Shown here in pieces: positions 17,763 to 28,165 of a stretch of 64,000 nucleotides of DNA (within the stretch, counting starts at the first letter, position 1; every line of letters begins with the position of its first letter). Below the pieces are notes generated by a model. That model did no database searches. It saw only the letters and a list, made by a program, of their open reading frames with translations, and was not told where the DNA came from. The stretch lies in NCBI GenBank assembly GCA_965222115.1, contig CBDCTJ010000007.1:2304001-2368000 (forward strand), in the 5' to 3' direction. Position numbers and translations under genes: made by a program. Origin of the DNA: Planctomycetota bacterium. GTDB lineage: Bacteria > Planctomycetota > PLA2 > JAEUHO01.

Positions 17763-19261
17763 CGCCCGCCGGGCTCCTTGGAAGGCGACGCCTTGGAAGC
17801 TGAAGCTTCCTCAGACATGACGCGGATCGTTGTGCCGTCATCGATGGACTCGAGGTTGGTCAGAATGACCTGTTCTCCCGGTTTGAGTCCGTCTTTAAGC
17901 AACACCGATCCAGGCAGGCTGCGCCAAATTTGAACACGTCGGCCTTCGACGGTGGCCACCTTTGACCCCTCGGTTGCATCCGCATCGCCTTCCGTTGCAT
18001 CTGAGGGCTTCGCAATAAACAATCGACCGGCAAGAAACGCTTGACGCGGTATCTGATACACATCGTCGAAGCGCTCGCCTTCGATCACAGCGCGAATGGG
18101 TTGCCCGGGTGCCAGTGGGTTCGTGGTGGGCGTGCCGGGTATCTCTACGTATACACGAAACGAACGTGCGCCTGCTTGAATCACGGGATCCTTACGCGTG
18201 ACCGTACCCTTGAACAATGCCTGCGGTGGATCACGCGTGTCGGCAGGATCAAAGAGCGAAACGTTGCTGCCCGGGCTTACGGCTCGGTAGCGACTGGCGG
18301 GCATCGCGATGGCCGCCTCGAGTGTGCTCATGTCGAGGACCGTAAAGAGGGGGGCGCCCACGCGCACCCATGATTCCTTTTGTGCGTCGCGCGACACGAC
18401 GACACCTTCGAAGGGTGCGCGCACCTTGCCGCGATCAATATTGCGCTGCGCGCTATCCAAGTCGTGACTGCGAACCGCCAACGCCGCCTTTGCGGCGCGC
18501 TCGGCTTGCAGATTATCGTCAAGTTGCGACTCAATGGTGACGACTTGCTGCTCGCGAGACTTCACGACACTGTGTTGACGATCCAAATCGCTGGGTGAAA
18601 GCGTGCGCGGCACGAGCTTTTGTATGCGCCGGTACTCGCGCCGTGCGGCGTCCGAGTCTTCACGCGCAAGTTTGAGGCGGCGCGTCATGCCTTCACGTTG
18701 AACGCCCAGTTTGGCGATCTCTGCTGTTTGGGCCGCGATCTCGCTCTTGAGTCGTGCCGACGCGATTTCGTAGTCCGTCGTGTCAAGCGTCACAAGCACC
18801 GGAAGCTTCTCGGCATTGCCGTTGGCATGGCCCTTTCGAACCGGGACGCCCACCTCGAGCCGTTCATCTACGTCTGCCGTGCGTGCGTTGATCTCCGCCG
18901 ACACTGTCGTTTGGTGAAGTGCGCGCACTTCGCCGTACCCTGTAATGGATTCCTGAACGTTTTCCTGCTTGGCATCCAAGGTGCGAACCAACACGGGAAT
19001 CAACTCGGCCCCGGCGGTCTTGGTCTGTTGCTTCTTCGCGGCGAGCATCTTAAAGACGGAAAAACCTACGAAGAGCAGTAGCCCAATCAATATCAAGCTG
19101 GTGATGAATCGGCGCGTGATGTCGGGTGACGAGTCGTCTCCGGACGTGGCTGCCGATGAAAGCGCGTCAAGCATCTCCGGCGACCGATTGTTGGTTGCGG
19201 AAGAAACGGATTCGTCAGGGGGAGGAGGCGGATTCACGGGCTTTTGATCCGGGGGAGACAC
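17759..19261 (-). CDS. RND efflux periplasmic adaptor (MFP)
   Basis: N-terminal TM, coiled coil, VRAPFEGVV, GLKPGEQVI; coupled to the permease. Confidence 0.85.
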   Translation of the reverse strand: MSPPDQKPVNPPPPPDESVSSATNNRSPEMLDALSSAATSGDDSSPDITRRFITSLILIGLLLFVGFSVFKMLAAKKQQTKTAGAELIPVLVRTLDAKQENVQESITGYGEVRALHQTTVSAEINARTADVDERLEVGVPVRKGHANGNAEKLPVLVTLDTTDYEIASARLKSEIAAQTAEIAKLGVQREGMTRRLKLAREDSDAARREYRRIQKLVPRTLSPSDLDRQHSVVKSREQQVVTIESQLDDNLQAERAAKAALAVRSHDLDSAQRNIDRGKVRAPFEGVVVSRDAQKESWVRVGAPLFTVLDMSTLEAAIAMPASRYRAVSPGSNVSLFDPADTRDPPQALFKGTVTRKDPVIQAGARSFRVYVEIPGTPTTNPLAPGQPIRAVIEGERFDDVYQIPRQAFLAGRLFIAKPSDATEGDADATEGSKVATVEGRRVQIWRSLPGSVLLKDGLKPGEQVILTNLESIDDGTTIRVMSEEASASKASPSKEPGGR

Positions 19262-19380
19262 GGCAGGTCGGTTGAACCGAGGCGAGCGATGCCATGGTAC
19301 GTCTGCGTGCCGGGCGCACGCCGGGCTTTCAGTCAGGAATTCACCCGTTCATTGCGGCCCGTGGCGCCGGTCTCAGGCGA

Positions 19381-20454
19381 CTACCCGCGGGGCACGAACG
19401 AAACCGTGACGTGCATAATGGTCCAGTAGGGAAACGCTTCTCGCGAGAGCAGCGCATGGAAGCCCGCAAGTTGCGGATCGTTGCGAAAGCCGTAAGCCCA
19501 CACGATGCCCGCGGCGAGCAGCGCGAGCACGACCGCGCCATGCATTAGGTTGAATCCCATGCGAGAGCTTCGCCACCATGCCCAACTCTTGGGATTGGCT
19601 TTGCCCGCGGGTCGCGATGCAAGTTGACGATCCACGAATACGTACCACGCGGTGACATGCAACGTGACGATGGCGTACACACGCCCTGTAATCAGTATGT
19701 CGAATATGAGAATCAGGGGGACGGCCAGAAAGACGATCAATATCGGACGATACGTTCGCCCAAATGCTGCGAGTCCTCCTGGGAATGTCTTGTGGCAACG
19801 CCGCAAGGCCCAAATCGTCAGACCAAGCACGGTAAGGAACGCCGTTAGTGCAATCGCCGCCCGCGATGTCGTTGCGAGCCCGTGAAAGATGCCGTCGGTG
19901 TAGCGCCGTGCGCCGCCGATGCGAAATGCGGCGCCCACCAAAAACGTCGCCGCAATACCGCCGAATACGAGCAGCGGCACCGCCCAGAGAAAGGGTCGCG
20001 ACAGGGACTTGGGAACGCCCTCCGGTCCATCGCGGTTGGCGTGGAAGAAAAACATCTGGTCGCGGAAGTCGTGCACCATGAAGTAGCCGTAAAACAGCGC
20101 CGCGGCGAGTGCGCCCTGCAGCGCACCACCTGCGTGAAAGGCCCACGAAAGTAAGACGCCAACGCCCGCCAAACCCGCGAACCAAATCCACGACTTCAGG
20201 CGGCGAAAGGTGCGCGACGTCGCCATGTACACAATGGCGACAATGAAGTGTGCGAGCGCTAGGTAGCGCATCGACGTTTCCACGGCATGCCACACAAGCC
20301 GTTCGGGACGCGCTCGACCTGCGAGGGCGTTTTCCGTGGCGATGATGCCCAAAAAGAGCAGCGAACTTCCAATCACCAGTCCAAGCGCAACGAGCCAATT
20401 GCGTTCCGTCACGGTGGACAACAATCGCGTGGGGGTGGAGGCAACGCCCGTCAT
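19381..20454 (-). CDS. Multi-pass membrane protein with His motifs
   Basis: About 8-9 hydrophobic helices; HF, HDFRD, LHV, MHV motifs. Confidence 0.65.
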   Translation of the reverse strand: MTGVASTPTRLLSTVTERNWLVALGLVIGSSLLFLGIIATENALAGRARPERLVWHAVETSMRYLALAHFIVAIVYMATSRTFRRLKSWIWFAGLAGVGVLLSWAFHAGGALQGALAAALFYGYFMVHDFRDQMFFFHANRDGPEGVPKSLSRPFLWAVPLLVFGGIAATFLVGAAFRIGGARRYTDGIFHGLATTSRAAIALTAFLTVLGLTIWALRRCHKTFPGGLAAFGRTYRPILIVFLAVPLILIFDILITGRVYAIVTLHVTAWYVFVDRQLASRPAGKANPKSWAWWRSSRMGFNLMHGAVVLALLAAGIVWAYGFRNDPQLAGFHALLSREAFPYWTIMHVTVSFVPRG

Positions 20455-20568
20455 GGAAGAAAACCTATCGCGACCCGGGTGGCGACCGTATTCATTTCGG
20501 CGCTATTCCGTGCTGGGGAACGTAGAATGCTCCATCGCCGGCGAACGTCGGTCGCAAAGGAGTCCGTC

Positions 20569-20805
20569 ATGCGCGTAAGCCTCAAGTTCTGCAGCATGTG
20601 AAACTATGAGCCTCAGGCCGTCAGTTTGACGACCCTCTTGCTCGAAAATCTCAAGCAGGGCATTTCAAGCTTTGAACTGATACCCGACGGCGGTGGGTGT
20701 TTCGAACTTACGGTGGACGGAAAGCTGATCTACTCCAAGTTGGAAACGGGTGAGTTTCCTGACGAGAAGAAGATTCTGAAGTCGCTGGCGGCCAGAGTTT
20801 CCTAG
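20569..20805 (+). CDS. SelT/SelW/SelH (Rdx) family selenoprotein, CxxU
   Basis: AGGAG RBS; MRVSLKFCSM-U(TGA 20599)-NYEPQAVSL...LIPDGGGCFELTVDGKLIYSKLETGEFPDE; SECIS-like hairpin CGTCA-GTT-TGACG just downstream. Confidence 0.88.
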
Positions 20806-20869
20806 CCGTATTGCGCGGTCAGATAGATTCTCGACCGGTTACGGGCGAAGGGGAGCCGATGCCCAGCCA

Positions 20870-21511
20870 TTGGACGCAGTGAGTCGAACGTTGGCCTATC
20901 CCTGTCAAGACTGTGGGCGTACGTTGCGCGGCGGTGTGCCCGGTCGTGTGCTCGCCTGTGCTCACTGCGGCAGTCCGGTTGTTGTGCCGCATCACCATGA
21001 GCGAGGCGACGGCGATTCGATCCGTCCGTTGGGCGCGACCGAATCAGTTAAAACCAAAGCATCACAAACCAACGCATCACAAACCAAACGTGCCGTGAAT
21101 ACGTCTGCGACCCGCAAGCCCGCGCGGGCCCCGTCAACGGGCGTTCCGTGGGTGAAGGTCGCCCTCGTTGCCATCGTGTTGACCGCCGTCCATGCTTTCA
21201 TCTACCGCGCGGCGACCAAGGACGCGCGACGTGAGATTGAAGCCATCGAACGCACGCACGACTCGGCTTCGCTCGCAGGGGCGAAGCATCCCGGCGGGGC
21301 ACCGCAGCCGGACACACCAACGTTTGCTACGTGGCGCGAGCAGATGGAGCGATTTGAGGCCCACGAACATCTGGCAAGTAAGCGCAACTACGTATCGCTG
21401 ATGCGCAGCGCGCTGCTTGCGTCCTTGTTAATTCAGCTTGGGCTTATCGCCTGGATGCTTGCGCGCTTTACTCGTGCCCCACGCTCTCGAACGTCGCGCA
21501 CGAATCGATGA
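20870..21511 (+). CDS. Hypothetical membrane protein with N-terminal zinc ribbon
   Basis: CxxC...CxxC N-terminus and two TM segments. Confidence 0.55.
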   Translation: MDAVSRTLAYPCQDCGRTLRGGVPGRVLACAHCGSPVVVPHHHERGDGDSIRPLGATESVKTKASQTNASQTKRAVNTSATRKPARAPSTGVPWVKVALVAIVLTAVHAFIYRAATKDARREIEAIERTHDSASLAGAKHPGGAPQPDTPTFATWREQMERFEAHEHLASKRNYVSLMRSALLASLLIQLGLIAWMLARFTRAPRSRTSRTNR

Positions 21512-21600
21512 TCCACGTCACTCGGTGTCGTTCATCGTCTGAGCGTTCATGGTCTTCGCGTTAATCTTCTTAGCCATGCGCCTGTTCTGACGAGTCCGGG

Positions 21601-22035
21601 CTAGGCTTTGACTTCCTTCGTAGCCTCTTCGGTTCCGGCATCGTCGTTTTCCGAATCTTTGTTTTCTGGGGGCGTTCCGCGTTCAAGGACATGGCCTTCG
21701 ACATCGACCGAACCCGGTTCGCTGTCCCAAATGAAGTCGGCGATGTCGCCCGTGACCCCTGTCTGTAGGTGCTGAAGAAATTGGCGGCGCGCCTCGTGAT
21801 CGCGGAACTTGGCTTGGCCCCGATTACGCGTTCCTGGATGGGGGAAGATGGGGACGTCGATGGGGATTGACTCGTAGTACTTGCCACCTTCGTCCACGTA
21901 GTGCTCGGCGTGAATGCGCAGAGTCAATGGACCGCCGAGCTCTTCCAGCATCGAGCGTTCCTTGCCGTCGGGTGCGATTTCCCAACGGAGAAACAAGTGG
22001 CTCGTATCTTCACCGAGGACGACTTCTGCACGCAT
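21601..22035 (-). CDS. Hypothetical protein
   Basis: Open frame co-directional with the upstream TPR gene; start uncertain. Confidence 0.5.
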   Translation of the reverse strand: MRAEVVLGEDTSHLFLRWEIAPDGKERSMLEELGGPLTLRIHAEHYVDEGGKYYESIPIDVPIFPHPGTRNRGQAKFRDHEARRQFLQHLQTGVTGDIADFIWDSEPGSVDVEGHVLERGTPPENKDSENDDAGTEEATKEVKA

Positions 22036-22116
22036 GCGGGGAGCCTATCGCAAATGTCCGTGGATGCCAGTGCGGTGTCTGCCCGCGACGTTCTCCGTGG
22101 CCGCGACTGCGGGGTG

Positions 22117-23409
22117 CTACGAACAGCCGTTGAATCCGAACCGTCGAACCCGTTCCTTTAGCACCGCATCGCGCTTCTTTTTCGAGGTCCGAATGTAGGC
22201 CTTCCACGCCTCAAGTGGCGCTCGCCACGCCTTTTCTGCCGCGGCCTTCCTTTCTGCGTCCTCATCATCATTGGGTGGCGGCGGATAAAGTTCGTGAATC
22301 TGAATGAGTCGCTCCAGCGATTCGATACAGATCGGATCGGCCTTGTGGGCTTTTCGAAAGTGAGGCTCGGCTTCGTACGGCTTCTCCTCAACGTCCAACA
22401 GGATGTCCCCGAGCCAGCGGTGGCCTTGCGATGCGGTTGGTTCCAACTTGATGTACGTGCGAATCATTCGCTTGGCTCGCGCAAGCATCTCAGCTTGTTT
22501 GACTTCATCCTTTATCGATTCGCTGAGGTAACGGAGGCAGTTGCCCAGTCGAAGATAGGCCAAGCGCATCTGTTGGGGCTCGCCCATGGAACGTTTCCCC
22601 TGTTCCCAGTGCTTGATAGCGTCCTCGTAGCCTGCGGCCGCCTCCTTGTATTTGTTCTGTGCACCCGCACAGAGGGCGTATTCCAGGTGGTATCGCGGAT
22701 CAAAGGGGAACTGCGTTCGAAGCTCTAGAAATATCGACTCCGCGTCCGCATGACGCGCACCCGAGCGATAGGCCGTGGCTTGATTCCACATGGCGGCGGC
22801 GCGCTTGCGCGTATCGCGAAGTCGCTTGGCAACTTCTTTCGCGGCGCCAAACTGTTTCGCCGCTGCGTGTGGATCAGCTCGATGTGCGGCCAAATACTGG
22901 CGCCCCATTGCACTAAATGCTTCGTACAGCAGATTGTCGCGAGCCTGGGCATTGGCACGTGGATTGGCGTGCCGCGCACGGGTCAAATGGAGTGCAGCCT
23001 GGTCCGGGCGACCATCCGCATACAGCGACGCGAAACCCAGGAGGAAGAGCACGTCCGGGTGTTGATCCGCGCGCGGTGTTGCAGACCGTAGGCGAGCAAT
23101 CCATCGATGCGCGCGCTTGGCCGATCCCGCAAGTGCCGCCGCTTGGCCGCCGCCCAAGAGCGCCGCTCGGTGTGTCGGATGTTGATGAAACACGTCTTCG
23201 AACTGCCGCTCGGCCTGAACGGCCAATCGGGCCGCGCCCTTGGTGTCGCCGGCTTTGTGCTTTTGCTCTGCGAGGTTGAGGGCTGTCGCTGCACTGCGGA
23301 TTATGGCATCTAAGTCGGATCGCGCATTGACGGAAGCAGCCAAGGCGGATACACCAAGCAACACGGCGGCGGATTGGAGTGCGAGCGGTTTCAGGGTTGC
23401 CAACTTCAT
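22117..23409 (-). CDS. Tetratricopeptide repeat protein, secreted
   Basis: Signal peptide; TPR-like helices (AYLRLGNCL, GHRWLGDIL, EAEPHFRKA). Confidence 0.75.
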   Translation of the reverse strand: MKLATLKPLALQSAAVLLGVSALAASVNARSDLDAIIRSAATALNLAEQKHKAGDTKGAARLAVQAERQFEDVFHQHPTHRAALLGGGQAAALAGSAKRAHRWIARLRSATPRADQHPDVLFLLGFASLYADGRPDQAALHLTRARHANPRANAQARDNLLYEAFSAMGRQYLAAHRADPHAAAKQFGAAKEVAKRLRDTRKRAAAMWNQATAYRSGARHADAESIFLELRTQFPFDPRYHLEYALCAGAQNKYKEAAAGYEDAIKHWEQGKRSMGEPQQMRLAYLRLGNCLRYLSESIKDEVKQAEMLARAKRMIRTYIKLEPTASQGHRWLGDILLDVEEKPYEAEPHFRKAHKADPICIESLERLIQIHELYPPPPNDDEDAERKAAAEKAWRAPLEAWKAYIRTSKKKRDAVLKERVRRFGFNGCS

Positions 23410-23472
23410 GAAGTGCCTTTGATTCCGCCGTCAAGTGTGTCATGACCCAAGGCCCGAACCGGGTGGTCGAGA

Positions 23473-23997
23473 CTATTTCTTGGAATCGGTCGGCTCAGTG
23501 TTGGGTGCGTCCTGCGATTTTTCAGCCGACGTGCTCTCGGCCGCCATGTTTTCGGCAGACTTGGCAATCTCCACTACCAAACCGCGCATTGTCTCGTCTC
23601 GTATGCGACGGGAGAGGCTGCGCAGCACAGGGGCATGGGTCTTGGCGAGGACGCGAAGTGCCGCCGTGGACGCCTCGACCACCTCCGGACTCGATGAGCC
23701 GAGTTTCATGACCAGATCGCGAATGAACGCGACCGCGGCGGGCGATATGGGACGCTGTCCCGCGGGTTCGATTCGCGCGAGTGTGTTCGACTCCAATTCG
23801 TAAGGCTGGCCGCCGATCTCCACATGCACGCGACCGCGTGTGACGCGCTGGATTTTGCAGAGGAGGCGCTCCCCGCTTTCCAGCACCACGGCATCCGGCG
23901 CCTGTTCGCCTGCCCTGCCCTCGCGAACGGGTACCGCAATGAGGGCGGTGACCGCCGCAATGCTGACAAGGATCAAACGAATCGATGATCGGCTCAT
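23473..23997 (-). CDS. Hypothetical secreted protein
   Basis: GGAG RBS, signal peptide, DAVVLESGERL motif, HEAT-like C-terminal part. Confidence 0.6.
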   Translation of the reverse strand: MSRSSIRLILVSIAAVTALIAVPVREGRAGEQAPDAVVLESGERLLCKIQRVTRGRVHVEIGGQPYELESNTLARIEPAGQRPISPAAVAFIRDLVMKLGSSSPEVVEASTAALRVLAKTHAPVLRSLSRRIRDETMRGLVVEIAKSAENMAAESTSAEKSQDAPNTEPTDSKK

Positions 23998-24639
23998 GGC
24001 GAATCACTCCTATGCGACTCTTGAATCTTAGCCGCGTTCGAAATTGGGGACCATCTCCCCATACGTCGCGCGATATCGCCCACACTCCCGTGCCATTGAT
24101 TCGGGACGTTGGTGTAGCAGACCCGCACGATTGAGAGGCATGCGAACGATGCACAGTGCTCTCAATTTCATAAGCACCTTATTTATATGAGGTTACGAGC
24201 GCGCCGCGTCGAAATTCGGTGGAATGAGTTTTGCGAAAAACACACGACGCCCTCCGACGTTTGGATCGCTGATTGGCATTTGCCCGTCCGCGACCTCGTG
24301 GCGGGCAGAAAATGGCTACCTAACCAGCACCGCGAGCCGGGGCCGGTGGGTGCCGGCAGGTTTTTCCTTTTGAAGATTTCGCCTTTTGGCGATTTCGTCG
24401 CTCGGCCTGATTTTTCCATCCGGCTGGTGAATGTGGGCGCGATGCTTGCGACGCAGGCAGGCGCTCTCTATAAGTTTGGACGTCTCGTCCCGTAAGATAG
24501 GGCGAGTTGTCTGCCGGTGTTTCAACGTGCAGGTTTCAACGCACTCGAGTCCCTCGATCTCTCGATTTGAGCCTCGCGTGTGAGACGAAACCGCATTTGA
24601 CACCGTGGGTTTTGGGCGTGTTTAAGCGTCGGGAGAATT

Positions 24640-27111
24640 TTGATGCTCCGATCTTCGTTTGGGTCTGGTGAATCTCATATTTGGGATTCATGCATTCGGA
24701 ATGCGGCTGTCCTCGTAGCAATTGTGCTTGGGATTACGCTTTCGGCTTGTGGCGGAGGGGCCCCTGGTTCACCGTCCGATGAGCATGTGCAGGAGCCGGT
24801 GGTTCGAAACTTTTCGCCGTTTATGTCGCCCATTGATTTTTCGCAGGGCGCCGGACAGCAGTTTCCCACGTACACCGATTCCGCGTTGACGATCTCTACG
24901 GACCCCAACTATCCGGGCAAGATCGTCATCTACTTCAATAATGACACTGAGCTCGACCCGAACAGCATCTTCATCGCCGGGAATCCATTCCTCGGGGTGG
25001 ACCCATCCGTGCTGTTGTTCACCCATGAGATTCCTGGCGTGGGCAATGCGAAGGTCGACATCGATGCACGCGTGGAGGGCAATCGCATTATTCTTCAGCC
25101 CTTGCCAGGCTTGAATGGTGAATATGCCACACCCGATGGAAGTGGTGGCTACAACACCAATCTTCCCGAGGGCCAGTTCACGGTCGGTATCTTTAAGAAC
25201 TTGAAGAACTCGGCGGGCAAGGATCTGCGTGATGCGCCGGTGTTCCACACGTTCTTTGTAGGCACACTCGACACGGTTCGTCCAACGGTGATCAACAAGT
25301 CGCCAGGCGATGGTGAACTCGGCGTAGGGGCGAGCGTTCCGCCGCCGGCCGCGCCTCCCGGTCTTCCCCCGAGCGCCTATGTCAATGTTACGGGCAGCAT
25401 TTTCGGGGACGTCTCGCCGGATATCGTTGTTCGCTTTAGTGAACCGATTTCAGCCACCAGCGTCTCCTCTAACAACATGATCGTTGACTTCACTGCGCAG
25501 GGCATAGGGACAGTGACCATCGCGCCCGCATTTGGCTACCCCATTCTAAAGAGTTCGCTGCAGCAGGCCACGTTGCCTTCCAATGGACACGAACTCGTAT
25601 TCCGTCCCGATTACTCCAATGGTGGGTACCCCTTTGGTCGTCAGATTCGCGTACGTGTATTGGGACTCTTCGATTTGGACCCCGATACGGGGCTGCCAAC
25701 GAATCCCAATTATCCCGACGAGACGCAGGCGGATAACTCAAGCCCCATCAAGGACTTGTCGGGCAACTCGTTGTTGCACACCGAGGAGTGGACGTTCCAG
25801 ACCATCGCACCTCCGGATCTTCCGGAGAACCCGTATCCCGAGGATCAGGTGTGGTTCTCCGCCACAGACCGCGTAGGTGTGATTGACACAATCAACTACC
25901 CAGACTTCATTAGGGCATCAAATGGCACGCCGTTCCCACAGGGTATCCCCCGCAATGTCTTGCCCCAGTTCACCGACACGATCGCAACCGACGTAACCAT
26001 CCCCAACTTTGACCCCAAGGAGATCAATGTTGACCGTCGTATTGGTAGCAACTGCCACAGCTATGCCTACGTGCAGTCGGAGAACACTGGGCAGATCGTG
26101 ATTGTCAACACGCGAGATTCGATTCCCGTGGCGCTCATCAACACACCCACGCCGGGTGGGTTGACGGTGTACAACGGCGCGGTGAACTCACTGATCGTGA
26201 CGAACAGCTCTGCAAATACGATTTCGTTGTTTGAGATTGGCGCGCTCAATGTGGGACAACAGTTCCTTTCGGGTGCCATTTACGTAAACCGCGTGATCCC
26301 AACCGGTAACTCGCCCAGCTCCATCACCGTTACCGCCGGAGGATCGTTGCGACGTGACCGTTTGCAATCTGGTCCCGCGACCCCAATTATCATGTGGATT
26401 GACCGACTCGATGGAACGGTCAACACGGCCAACTTCACTTCGGAAGGCGCGATCAAGACATTTACGTTTGGTGCCGATACGCCACCCAATGACGTATCGT
26501 GGACGCCGTGTTTCGGCCCCCCCGCGATACCGCCGATCATGTATGCGGCGATCTCGCAGAGTGGTCCGATTCTTGAGGGTAAGGTTGCGTTCTACATCGC
26601 GGGCCCCGGGTGCTCCACGGGTGCACAAACGGTGAATCGCCCCGATGCGATCGTGGGTGACCTTGGAGGGTTTGATAGCCCGGCAGGTCTCGACAATATT
26701 TGGCCGAACTTCAACACGCCGGCCTACTTCTTGGTCGCAGAGTCTGGGTCGTTGGGCAATCGCGTCACGTCGATTCAGCCCGGCTTGAGCGGCTCGCTGC
26801 CCGAGGTATTGGTGCAGTACAACAATGTGGGCGCGAACCCATCGACCGTTGCACACGTGCCAGGCGTTCCGTTCGGCATTACAGTTCCCAACCCACCTCC
26901 TGGATGTATTTACGACGGTTTCATTATGCCGCTTCCTCCGGGGACCTTCACGCCGGCATTTACCAATAATCACAATGACATCTACGTGGGTGCCACGGGC
27001 GGAGGTGTTGTGACGCAGGGCAACATTACGACGGGCTTTAGTCCGGCGTTCCAGTGGAGCCCCATACCGATCTCTGGCTTGCGCGGGATTTATACGACAT
27101 CGAGTCAGTAG
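24640..27111 (+). CDS. Large surface lipoprotein with Ig-like (Big_5-type) and beta-propeller-like regions
   Basis: Lipobox LSAC; DTVRPTVINKSPGDG, IVVRFSEPI, IKDLSGNSL...WTFQT; Pro/Asn/Thr-rich. Confidence 0.7.
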   Translation: MMLRSSFGSGESHIWDSCIRNAAVLVAIVLGITLSACGGGAPGSPSDEHVQEPVVRNFSPFMSPIDFSQGAGQQFPTYTDSALTISTDPNYPGKIVIYFNNDTELDPNSIFIAGNPFLGVDPSVLLFTHEIPGVGNAKVDIDARVEGNRIILQPLPGLNGEYATPDGSGGYNTNLPEGQFTVGIFKNLKNSAGKDLRDAPVFHTFFVGTLDTVRPTVINKSPGDGELGVGASVPPPAAPPGLPPSAYVNVTGSIFGDVSPDIVVRFSEPISATSVSSNNMIVDFTAQGIGTVTIAPAFGYPILKSSLQQATLPSNGHELVFRPDYSNGGYPFGRQIRVRVLGLFDLDPDTGLPTNPNYPDETQADNSSPIKDLSGNSLLHTEEWTFQTIAPPDLPENPYPEDQVWFSATDRVGVIDTINYPDFIRASNGTPFPQGIPRNVLPQFTDTIATDVTIPNFDPKEINVDRRIGSNCHSYAYVQSENTGQIVIVNTRDSIPVALINTPTPGGLTVYNGAVNSLIVTNSSANTISLFEIGALNVGQQFLSGAIYVNRVIPTGNSPSSITVTAGGSLRRDRLQSGPATPIIMWIDRLDGTVNTANFTSEGAIKTFTFGADTPPNDVSWTPCFGPPAIPPIMYAAISQSGPILEGKVAFYIAGPGCSTGAQTVNRPDAIVGDLGGFDSPAGLDNIWPNFNTPAYFLVAESGSLGNRVTSIQPGLSGSLPEVLVQYNNVGANPSTVAHVPGVPFGITVPNPPPGCIYDGFIMPLPPGTFTPAFTNNHNDIYVGATGGGVVTQGNITTGFSPAFQWSPIPISGLRGIYTTSSQ

Positions 27112-27118
27112 CGCCGCC

Positions 27119-27173
27119 TCTATTGAAACCGCGTCTATTGAAACCGCGTCTATTGAAACCGCGTCTATTGAAA
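27119..27173. repeat. 15-bp tandem repeat (TCTATTGAAACCGCG) x ~3.7
   Basis: Directly visible between convergent genes. Confidence 0.85.
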
Positions 27174-27178
27174 TACAT

Positions 27179-27213
27179 GGGCCGCGCACGAATCTGCGCG
27201 GCCCCTTCCATTT
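27179..27213 (+). terminator. Putative intrinsic terminator
   Basis: GGCCGCGCA-CGAATC-TGCGCGGCC stem followed by pyrimidine/T-rich sequence between convergent genes. Confidence 0.5.
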
Positions 27214-27241
27214 TCGCCCGTGTTCGAGAGATTCCCGCCGA

Positions 27242-27823
27242 CTACATTCTGAGCGCTAGGCGAACGATCTCGCCCACTTGAGTTGGGTCCGAGACTTCAC
27301 CTACGCACCGTTCGACGCGCTTGGCGGCGTCAGCGGGCGTCAATCCAAGATTGATGAGGGCCCGCACGGCATCGTGAGTTGCGGTGCCTGTGGTCATCGG
27401 GGCAGGCACATCATCTGCCGTTTGGCTGAACACCTCTCGCAACTCCACGACGATGCGCTCGGCGGTCTTTTTGCCCACGCCTTTGACGCGGGTGAGTGAC
27501 GCGACGTCGCCATGCGAGACCGAGGCCTGTAGTTCCCTTGGCTCAAAGCCTGAGAGCAAAGAGAGCGCCACGACCGGACCCACGCCGGACACGCGAATGA
27601 GCGCGCGAAATACCTCGCGTTCGGAGTTTGTGGCGAATCCGAACATACGCCACTCGTCTTCGCGAACGACAAGGTGAACCCAAAGATGGGCGTTCTCGCC
27701 CTTGGAAGGAAGCGCCTCGTAGGTGGAAAGAGGAATTCGCAGGACATAGCCGATGCCACCCGCGCGGAGCGTGGTTGCGGTAGGGGACTTGGCCAGCACG
27801 GTGCCTTGAATCGAGTCATACAC
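27242..27823 (-). CDS. ruvA: Holliday junction branch migration protein RuvA
   Basis: GGIGY, HLVVRED, LIRVSGVGP, VKGVGKKTAERIVVEL; GTG start 27823. Confidence 0.93.
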   Translation of the reverse strand: MYDSIQGTVLAKSPTATTLRAGGIGYVLRIPLSTYEALPSKGENAHLWVHLVVREDEWRMFGFATNSEREVFRALIRVSGVGPVVALSLLSGFEPRELQASVSHGDVASLTRVKGVGKKTAERIVVELREVFSQTADDVPAPMTTGTATHDAVRALINLGLTPADAAKRVERCVGEVSDPTQVGEIVRLALRM

Positions 27824-28165
27824 GGGCCGAAGTATACCGGCGGGCGCACGACAAACTCGCACCGCGTGGGCAAGTACCTAGCCCGGATTATTCATGAAGC
27901 GCGCGTCGAAGAGACCCCGGTAGGCTCACCGCGGCACGGTTCGTCAGATCCCCGTGACCACGGTCTACTACAGGTGGTTCTTGCGAAGGATTCGGATTCA
28001 AGATCGAAGCGGCAAGTTCGAGGCGATACAAAAAAAGTACCGTCGAGCGACTTTCCGCAAAGAGATTGGATTCGAAGACCAGCAAGAACCGCGCGATTCA
28101 CCCCAGTTCATGAATATTCCGGGCTACGTAGGGTGTCGCCCATTCAACGATGTGAGGATCCCTAA

